Shown here piece by piece: positions 51,701-62,200 of a stretch of DNA of 64,000 nucleotides. Location: positions 3,100,001 to 3,164,000 of the forward strand of contig NC_087436.1 in assembly GCF_036321535.1 (NCBI RefSeq), given 5' to 3'. Each line of letters opens with the position of its first letter. Positions within the stretch are counted from its first letter, which is position 1. The notes beneath the pieces are model-generated. The model saw nothing but the letters and a program-made list of their open reading frames with translations. It made no database searches and had not been told where the DNA came from. The translations under genes and the position numbers were made by a program. Source of the stretch: Camelus dromedarius (lineage: Eukaryota).

Positions 51701-54700
51701 CACACACAGTTAACTCTCAGAAGTGAGCATGTGGAGAGACGTTCGTTCATCTAGCACAAAGGAAACGGTTTGCAGGAGAAACTTTTACTCTGGTTTCTCA
51801 TTCTATTTCCTAGTGCCAGTTTGAAGTTCCTGCAGTTTTCACTGTAAAAACGAATTGGAGCTAGTACCTCCCCATATATAAGTATGGAGTGGAGTTTGCC
51901 AATGAAAAGAAACTTTGTGTTCCCAACAAGCAATGTGAAGGACGGCTTTCACACACAGTTAACTCTCAGATCTGAGCATGTGGAGACACGTTCGTTCATC
52001 AAGCACAAAGGAAACGTTTTGCAGGGGAAACTTTTACTCTGGTTTCTCAGTCTGTTTCCTAGTACCGGTTTGAAGTACCTTTAGTTTTCACTGTAAAACC
52101 GAGTTGGAGCTAGTACCTCCCGATATATATGTATGGAGTGGAGTTTGCAACAGAAAAGAAGCTTTGTGTTCCAAACAAGCTAGGTGAAGAACGGCTTTCA
52201 CACACACTTATCTCTCAGAACTGAGCATGTGGAGAGACGTTCGTTCATCTTGCAGAAAAGGAACGGTTTGCAGGAGAAATTTTACTCTGGTTTCTCAGTC
52301 TTTTTCCTAGTACCGGACTGTTGTTCCTGCAGTTTTCACTGTAAAACCGAGTTGAAGCTATTACCTCCCCATATATATGTATGGAGTGGAGTTTGCAAAT
52401 GAAAAGAAACTTTGTGTTCCCAAGTAGCTATGTGAAAGACGGCTTTCACACACACTTATCTCTCAGAACTGAGCATGTGGAGAGACGTTCATTCATTCTG
52501 CACAAAGAGAAAGGTTTGCAGGAGAAACTTTTACTCTGGTTTCTCAGTCTATTTCCAAGTGCCGGTTTGAAGTTCCTGAAGGTTTCACTGAAAAACCGAT
52601 TTGGAGCTAGATCCTCCCCATACATATGTATGGAGTGGAGTTTGCAACTGAAAAGAAACTTTGTGTTCCCAACAAGCTAGTTGAAGGACGGCTTTCACAC
52701 ACAGTTATCTCTCAGAAATGAGCATGTGGAGAGACTTTCGTTCATCTAGCACAAAGGAAACGTGTTGCAGGGGAAACTTTTACTCAGGTTTCTCAGTCTG
52801 TTTCCTAGTACCGGTTTGAAGTTCCTTTAGTTTTCACTGTAAAACCGAGTTGGAGCTAGTACTTCACCATATATTTGTATGAAGTGGAGTTTGCAACTGA
52901 AAAGAAACTTTGTGTTCCCAACAAGCTAGTTGAAGGACGGCTTTTACACAAACTTATCTCTCAGAACTGAGCATGTGGAGAGACGTTCGTTCATCTAGCA
53001 CAAAGGGAACGGGTTGCAACAGAAATTTTACTCTGGTTTCTCAGTCTGTTTCCTAGTGCCGCTTTGAAGTTCCTGCAGTTTTCACTGTAAAACCGTGTTG
53101 GAGCTAGTACCTCCCCATATATACGTATGGAGTGGAGTTTGCAAGTGAAAAGAAACTTTGTGTTCCCAACAAGCTAGGTGAAGGACGGCTTTCACACACA
53201 CTTATCTCTCAGAACTGAGCATGTGGAGAGACGTTCGTTCATCTAGCACAAAGGTAACGGATTGCAGGAGAAACTTTAAACTGGTTTCTCAGTCTGTTTC
53301 CTAGTGCCGATTTGAAGTTCCTGCAGTTTTCACTGTAAAACCGAGTTGGAGCTAGTACCTCCCATATATATATTTATGGATTGGAGTTTGCAAGTGAAAA
53401 GAAACTTTGTGTTCCCAACAAGCTAGGTGAAGGACGGCTTTCACACACACTTATCTCTCAGACCTGAGCATGTGGAGAGACTTTCTTTCATCTAGCACAA
53501 AGGGAACGGGTGCAGGAGAAACTTTTACTCTGGTTTCTCAGTCTGTTTTCTAGTGCCGGTTTAAGTTCCTGCAGTTTTCACTGTAAAACATATTTGGAGC
53601 TATTACCTCCCCATATATATGTATGGAGTGGAGTTTGCAAGTGAAAAGAAACTTTGTGTTCCCAACAAGCTAGGTGAAGGGCGGCTTTCACACACACTTA
53701 TCTATGAGAACTTAGCATGTGGAGAGACGTTCGTTCTCTAGCACAAAAAGAACAGTTTGCAGGAGAAACTTTTACTCTGGTTTCTCAGTCTGTTTCCTAG
53801 TTCCGGTTGAAGTTCCTGCAGTTTTCACTGTATAACCGAGTTGGAGCTATACCTCCCCATATATATATATGGAGTGGAGTTTGCAAGTGAAAAGAAACTT
53901 TGTCTTCCCAACAAGCTATGTGAAGAACGGCTTTCACACACACTTATCTCTGAGAACTGAGAATGTGGAGAGACTTTCGTTCATCTAGCACAAAGGGAAA
54001 CGTTTGCAACAGAAACTATTACTCTGGTTTCTCAGTCTATTTCCAAGTGCCGGTTTGAAGTTCCTGCAGGTTTCACTATAAAACCGATTTGGAGCTAGTA
54101 CCTCCCCATATATATGTATGGAGTGGAGATTGCAACTGAAAAAAATCTTTGTGTTCCCAACAAGCTAGTTGAAGGACGGCTTTCACACACAGTTTAATCT
54201 CAGAACTGAGCATGTGGAGAGACGTTCGTTCATCTAGCACAAAGGAAACGTGTTGCAGGAGAAACTTTTACTCTGGTTTCTCAGTCTGTTTCCTAGTACC
54301 GGTTTGAAGTTCCTTTAGTTTTCACTGTAAAACCGATTTGGAGCTAGTACCTCCCCATATATAAGTATGGAGTGGAGTTTGCAACTGAAAAGAAACTTTG
54401 AGTTTCCAACAAGGTAGGTGAAGGACGGCTTTCACACACAGTTAACTCTCAGAACTGAGCATGTGGAGAGACGTTCGTTCATCTAGCACAAAGGAAACGG
54501 GTTGCAGGGGAAAGTTTTACTCTGGATTCTCAGTCTGTTTCCTAGTGCCCGTTTGAAGTTCCTGTAGTTTTCACTGTAAAATCGTGTTGGAGATAGTACC
54601 TCCCATATATATATGTATGGAATGGAGTTTGAAAGTGAAAAGAAACTTTGTGTTCCCAAGAAGCTAGGTGAAGGACGGCTTTCACACACACTTATCTCTC

Positions 54701-55668
54701 AGAACTGAGCGTGTGGAAAGACGTTCCCTCATCTAGCACAAAGAGAACGGGTTGCAGGAGAAACTTTTCTCTGGTTTCTCAGTCTATTTCCTAGTGCCGG
54801 TTTGAAGTTCCTGCATGTTTCACTGTAAAACCGAGTTGGAGCTAGTACTTCCCCATATATATTTATAGAGTGGAGTTTGCAACTAAAAATAAACTTTGTG
54901 TTCCCAACAAGCTAGGTTAAGAACGGCTTTCACACACACATATATCTCAGAACTGAGCATGTGGAGAGACTTTCGTTCATCTAGCACAAAGGGAACTGGT
55001 TGCAGGAGAAACTTTTACTCTGGTTTCTCAAGATGTTTCCTGTTGCCGCTTAGAAGTTCCTGCAGTTTTCACTGTAAAACCGAGTTGGAGCTAGTACATC
55101 CCCATAAATATGTATGGAGTGGAGTTTGCAACTGTAAAGAAACTTTGTGTTCCCAACAAGCTAGGTGAAGGACGGCTTTCACACACAATTATCTCTCAGA
55201 ACTGAGCATGTGGAGAGACGTTCGTTCATCTAGCACAAAGGGAACGGGTTGCAGGAGAAACTTTTACCCTGGTTTCTCAGTCTGTTTCCTAGTGCCGGTT
55301 TGAAGTTCCTGAAGGTTTCACTGTAAAACCGAGTTGGAGCTAGTACCTCCCCATATATATGTATGGAGTGGAGATTGCAATTGAAGAGAAAATTTGTGTT
55401 CCCAAAAAGCTATGTGAAGGACGGCTTTCACACACAGTTAACTCTCAGATTTGAGCATGTGGAGAGACGTTCGTTCATCTAGCACAAATGAAACGTGTTG
55501 CAGGGGAAACTTTTATTCTGGTTTCTCAGTCTGTTTCCTAGTACCGGTTTGAAGTTCCTTTAGTTTTCACTGTAAAACAGAGTTGGAGCTAGTACCTCCC
55601 CATATATATGTATGGAGTGGAGTTTGCAATTGAAGAGAAACTTTGTGTTCCCAACAAGCTATGTGAAG
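42737..55668 (+). repeat. Higher-order-repeat domain: ~3 copies of an 18-monomer HOR (4,475 bp), with 21-mer and 17-mer structural variants
   Basis: CATTCTGCAC (Y-type) monomers start at ~42737, 47959 and 52434 (spacings 5222 and 4475). ORF offsets are 5222 (44376/49598, 45035/50257), 4475 (47709/52184) and 4226 (50257/54483). Domain-specific SNPs are AAATCGTGTTGG and CTTAGAAG. Confidence 0.9.
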
Positions 55669-56279
55669 GACGGCTTTCACACACAGTTAACTCTCAGAAC
55701 TGAGCATGTGGAGAGACGTTCGTTCATCTAGCACAAAGGAAACGGTTTGCAGGAGAAACTTTTACTCTGGTTTCTCATTCTATTTCCTAGTGCCAGTTTG
55801 AAGTTCCTGCAGTTTTCACTGTAAAAAAGAATTGGAGCTAGTACCTCCCCATATATAAGTATGGAGTGGAGTTTGCAAATGAAAAGAAACTTTGTGTTCC
55901 CAACAAGCAATGTGAAGGACGGCTTTCACACACAGTTAACTCTCAGAACTGAGCATGTGGAGACACGTTCGTTCATCTAGCACAAAGGAAACGTTTTGCA
56001 GGGGAAACTTTTACTCTGGTTTCTCAGTCTGTTTCCTAGTACCGGTATGAAGTTCCTTTAGTTTTCACTGTAAAACCGAGTTGGAGCTAGTACCTCCCCA
56101 TATATATGTATGGAGTGGAGTTTGCAACAGAAAAGAAGCTTTGTGTTCCAAACAAGCTAGGTGAAGAACGGCTTTCACACACACTTATCTCTCAGAACTG
56201 AGCATGTGGAGAGACGTTCGTTCATCTTGCAGAAAAGGAACGGTTTGCAGGAGAAATTTTACTCTGGTTTCTCAGTCTG

Positions 56280-59200
56280 TTTCCTAGTCCGGTTTGTTGT
56301 TCCTGCAGATTTCACTGTAAAACTGAGTTGGAGCTAGTACCTCCCCATATATATGTATGGAGTGGGGTTTGCAAATGAAAAGAAACTTTTTGTTCCCAAG
56401 AAGCTTTGTGAAAGACGGCTTTCACACACACTTATCTCTCAGAACTGAGCATGTGGAGAGACGTTCATTCATCTAGCACAAAGAGAAAGGTTTGCAGGAG
56501 AAACTTTTACTCTGGTTTCTCAGACTATTTCCTAGTGCCGGTTTGAAGTTCCTGCAGGTTTCACTGTAAAACCGAGTTGGAGCTTGTACTTCCCCATATA
56601 TATGTATGGAGTGGAGTTTGCAAATGAAAAGAAATTTGGTATCCCAAGAAGCTATGTGAAAGTGGCCTTCACACACACTTATCTCTCAGAACTGAGCATG
56701 TACAGAGACGTTCGTTCATCTAGCACAAAAGAACGGGTTGCAGGAGAAACTTTTTCTCTGGTTTCTCAGTCTGTTTCCTAGTGCCGGTTTGAAGTTCCTG
56801 CAGTTTTCACTGTCAAACCGAGTTGGAGCTAGTACTTCCCCATATATATTTATGGAGTGGAGTTTGCAACTGAAAATAAACTTTGTGTTCCCAACAAGCT
56901 AGGTTAAGAACGGCTTTCACACACACATATATCTCAGAACTGAGCATGTGGAGAGACTTTCGTTCATCTAGCACAAAGGGAACTGGTTGCAGGAGAAACT
57001 TTTACTCTGGTTTCTCAGTATGTTTCCTGTTGCCGCTTTGAAGTTCCTGCAGTTTTCACTGTAAAACCGAGTTGGAGCTAGTACATCCCCATAAATATGT
57101 ATGGAGTGGAGTTTGCAACTGTAAAGGAACTTTGTGTTCCCAACAAGCTAGGTGAAGGACGGCTTTCACACACAATTATCTCTCAGAACTGAGCATGTGG
57201 AGAGACGTTCGTTCATCTAGCACAAATGGAACGGGTTGCAGGAGAAACTTTTACCCTGGTTTCTCAGTCTGTTTCCTAGTGCCGGTTTGAAGTTCCTGAA
57301 GGTTTCACTGTAACACCGAGTTGGAGCTAGTACCTCCCCATATATATGTATGGACTGGAGATTGCAATTGATGAGAAAATTTGTGTTCCCAAAAAGCTAT
57401 GTGAAGGACGGCTTTCACACACAGTTAACTCTCAGATATGAGCATGTGGAGAGACGTTCGTTCATCTTGCACAAAGGAAACGTGTTGCAGGGGAAACTTT
57501 TATTCTGGATTCTCAGTCTGTTTCCTAGTACCGGTTTGAAGTTCCTTTAGTTTTCACTGTAAAACCGAGTTGGTGCTAGTACCACCCCATATATATGTAT
57601 GGAGTGGAGTTTGCAACTGAAAAGAAGCTTTGTGTTCCAAACAAGCTAGGTGAAGGACGGCTTTCACACACACTTATCTCTCAGAACTGAGCATGTGGAG
57701 AGACGTTCGTTCATCTTGCAAAAATGGAACGGTTTGCAGGAGAAATTTTACTCTGGTTTCTCAGTCTGTTTCCTAGTACCGGTTTGAAGTTCCTGCAGGT
57801 TTCACTGTAAAACCGAGTTGGAGCTAGTACCTCACCATATATTTGTATGGAGTGGAGTTTGCAACTGAAAAGAAACTTTGTGTTCCCAACAAGCTAGGTG
57901 AAGGACGGCTTTCACACACAATTATCTCTCAGAACTGAGCATGTGGAGAGACGTTCGTTCATCTAGCACTAAAGAAACTGTTTGCAGGAGAAACTTTTAC
58001 TCTGGGTTCTCATTCTGTTTCCTAGTGCCAGTTTGAAGTTCCTGCAGTTTTCACTGTAAAACCGATTTGGAGCTAGTACCTCCCCATATATATGTATGGA
58101 GTGGAGTTTGCAATTGAAGAGAAACTTTGTGTTCCCAACAAGCTATGTGAAGGACGGCTTTCACACACAGTTAACTCTCAGAACTGAGCATGTGGAGAGA
58201 CGTTCGTTCATCTAGCACAAAGGAAACGGTTTGCAGGAGAAACTTTTACTCTGGTTTCTCATTCTATTTCCTAGTGCCAGTTTGAAGTTCCTGCAGTTTT
58301 CACTGTAAAAACGAATTGGAGCTAGAACCTCCCCATATATAAGTATGGAGTGGAGTTTGCAAATGAAAAGAAACTTTGTGTTCCCAACAAGCAATGTGAA
58401 GGACGGCTTTCACACACAGTTAACTCTCAGAACTGAGCATGTGGAGACACGTTCGTTCATCTAGCACAAAGGAAACGTTTTGCAGGGGAAACTTTTACTC
58501 TGGTTTCTCAGTCTGTTTCCTAGTACCGGTTTGAAGTTCCTTTAGTTTTCACTGTAAAACCGAGTTGGAGCTAGTACCTCCCTATATATATGTATGGAGT
58601 GGAGTTTGCAACAGAAAAGAAGCTTTGTGTTCCAAACAAGCTAGGTGAAGAACGGCTTTCACACACACTTATCTCTCAGAACTGAGCATGTGGAGAGACG
58701 TTCGTTCATCTTGCAGAAAAGGAACGGTTTGCAGGAGAAATTTTACTCTGGTTTCTCAGTCTTTTTCCTAGTACCGGACTGTTGTTCCTGCAGTTTTCAC
58801 TGTAAAACCGAGTTGGAGCTAGTACCTCCCCATATATATGTATGGAGTGGAGTTTGCAAATGAAAAGAAACTTTGTGTTCCCAAGAAGCTATGTGAAAGA
58901 CGGCTTTCACACACACTTATCTCTCAGAACTGAGCATGTGGAGAGACGTTCATTCATTCTGCACAAAGAGAAAGGATTGCAGGAGAAACTTTTACTCTGG
59001 TTTCTCAGTCTATTTCCAAGTGCCGGTTTGAAGTTCCTGCAGGTTTCACTGTAAAACCGATTTGGAGCTAGATCCTCCCCATATATATGTATGGAGTGGA
59101 GTTTGCAACTGAAAAGAAACTTTGTGTTCCCAACAAGCTAGTTGAAGGACGGCTTTCACACACAGTTATCTCTCAGAACTGAGCATGTGGAGAGACTTTC

Positions 59201-62200
59201 GTTCATCTAGCACAAATGAAACGTGTTGCAGGGGAAACTTTTACTCAGGTTTCTCAGTCTGTTTCCTAGTACCGGTTTGAAGTTCCTTTAGTTTTCACTG
59301 TAAAACCGAGTTGGAGCTAGTACCTCCCCATATATATGTATGGAGTGGAGTTTGCAACTGAAAAGAAGCTTTGTGTTCCCAACAAGCTTGGTGAAGTACG
59401 GCTTTCACACACACTTATCTCTCAGAACTGAGCATGTGGAGAGACGTTCGTTCATCTAGAACAAAGGGAACGGGTGGCAGGAGAAACTTTTACTCTGATT
59501 TCTCATTCTGTTTCCTAGTGCCGGTTTGAATTTCCTGCAGTTTTCATTGTAAAACCGATTTGGAGCTAGAACCTACCCATATATAAGTATGGAGTGGAGT
59601 TTGCAACTGAAAAGAAACTTTGAGTTTCCAACAAGCTAGGTGAAGGACGGCTTTCACACACAGTTAACTCTCAGAACTGAGCATGTGGGGAGACGTTCGT
59701 TCAACTAGCACAAAGGAAACGCGTTGCAGGGGAAAGTTTTACTCTGGATTCTCAGTCTGTTTCCTAGTGCCCGTTTGAAGTTCCTGTAGTTTTCACTGTA
59801 AAACCGAGTTGGAGATAGTACCTCCCATATATATATGTATGGAGTTGAGTTTGAAAGTGAAAAGAAACTTTGTGTTCCCAAGAAGCTATGTGAAGGACGG
59901 CTTTCACACACAATTATCTCTCAGAACTGAGCATGTGGAGAGACGTTCCCTCATCTAGCACAAAGAGAACGGGTTGCAGGAGAAACTTTTCTCTGGTTTC
60001 TCAGTCTATTTCCTAGTGCCGGTTTGAAGTTCCTGCATGTTTCACTGTAAAACCGAGTTGGAGCTAGTACCAACCCATATATATGTATGGAGTGGAGATT
60101 GCAACTGAAAAGAAGCTTTGTTTTCAAAAGAAGCTAGGTGAAGGACGGCTTTCACACACACTTATCTCTCAGAAATGAGCATGTGGAGAGACGTTCGTTC
60201 ATCTTGCAAAAAGGGAACGGTTTGCAGGAGAAATTTTACTCTGGTTCCTCAGTCTGTTTCCTAGTCCGGTTTGTTGTTCCTGCAGATTTCACTGTAAAAC
60301 TGAGTTGGAGCTAGTACCTCCCCATATATATGTATGGAGTGGAGTTTGCAAATGAAAAGAAACTTTTTGTTCCCAAGAAGCTTTGTGAAAGACGGCTTTC
60401 ACACACACTTATCTCTCAGAACTGAGCATGTGGAGAGACGTTCATTCATCTAGCACAAAGAGAAAGGTTTGCAGGAGAAACATTTACTCTGGTTTCTCAG
60501 ACTATTTCCTAGTGCCGGTTTGAAGTTCCTGCAGGTTTCACTGTAAAACAGAGTTGGAGCTAGTACCTCCCCATATATATGTATGGAGTGGTGTTTGCAA
60601 CTGAATAGATACTTTCTGTTCCCAACAATCTAGGTGAAAGACGGCTTACACACACACTTATCTCTCAGAAATGAGCATGTGGAGAGACGTTCGTTCATCT
60701 AGCACAAAGGGAACGGGTTGCAGGGGAAACTTTTACTCTGGTTTCTCAGTCTGTTTCCTAGTGCCGGATTGAAGTTCCTGCAGTTTTCACTGTAAAACCG
60801 AGTTGGTGCTAGTACCTCCCCATATATATGTATGGAGTGGAGTTTGCAAGTGAAAAGAAACTTTGTGTTCCCAACATGCTAGGTGAAGGACGGCTTTCAC
60901 ACACACTTATCTCTCAGATCTGAGCATGTGGAGAGACGTTCGTTCATCTAGCACAAAGTGAACGGGTTGCAACAGAAACTTTTACTCTGGTTTCTAAGTT
61001 TCCTAGTGCCGGTTTGAAGTTCCTGCAGTTTGCACCGCAAAACCGATTTGGTGCTATTACCTACACCATATATATGTATGGAGTGGAGTTTGCAAGTGAA
61101 AAGAAATTTTGTGTTCCCAACAAGCTAGGTGAAGTACGGCTTTCACACACACTTATCTCTTATAACTGAGCAAGTGGAGAGACGTTCGTTCATCTTTCAC
61201 AAATGGAACGGGTTGCAATAGAATCTTTTACTCTGGTTTCTCAGTCTGTTTCCTATTGCCGGTTTGAAATTCCTGCAGTTTTCACTGTAAAACCGAGTTG
61301 GAGCTAGTACCTAACCATATATATGTATGGAGTGGTGTTTGCAAGTGAAAAGAATCTTTGTGTTCCCCACAAGCTAGGTGAAGGACGGCTTTCACACACA
61401 CTTATCTATGAGAACTGAGCATGTGTAGAGACGTTCGTTCATCTAGCAAAATGGGAAGAGTTTGCAGGTGAAACTTTTACTCTGGTTTCTCAGTCTGTTT
61501 CCTAGTGCCGGTTTGAAGTTCCTGCAGTTTTCACTGTAAAACCGGCTTGGAGCTAGTACCTCCCCATATATTTGTATAGAGTGGAGTTTGCAACTGAAAA
61601 GAAACTTTGTCTTCCCAACAAGCTAGGTGAAGAACGGCTTTCACACACACTTATCTCTGAGAACTGAGCATGTGGAGAGACGTTCGTTCATCTAGCACAA
61701 ATGGAACAGTTTGCCGGAGAAACTTTTACTCTGGTTTCTCAGTCTGATTCCTAGTGCCGGTTTGAAGTTCCTGCAGTTTTCACTGTAAAACCGAGTTGGA
61801 GCTAGTACCTCCCCATATATTTGTATGGAGTGGAGTTTGCAACTGAAAAGAAACTTTGTGTTCCCAACAAGCTAGGTGAAGAACGGCTTTTAAACACACT
61901 TATCTCTGAGAACTGAGCATGTGGAGAGACGTTCGTTCATCTAGCACAAAGGGAACAGTTTGCGGGAGAAAATTTTACTCTGGTTTCTCAGTCTGATTCC
62001 TAGTGCCGGTTTGAAGTTCCTGCAGTTTTCACTGTAAAACCGAGTTGGAGCTAGTACTTCACCATATATTTGTATGAAGTGGAGTTTGCAACTGAAAAGA
62101 AACTTTGTGTTCCCAACAAGCTAGTTGAAGGACGGCTTTTACACACACTTATCTCTCAGAACTGAGCATGTGGAGAGACGTTCGTTCATCTAGCACAAAG

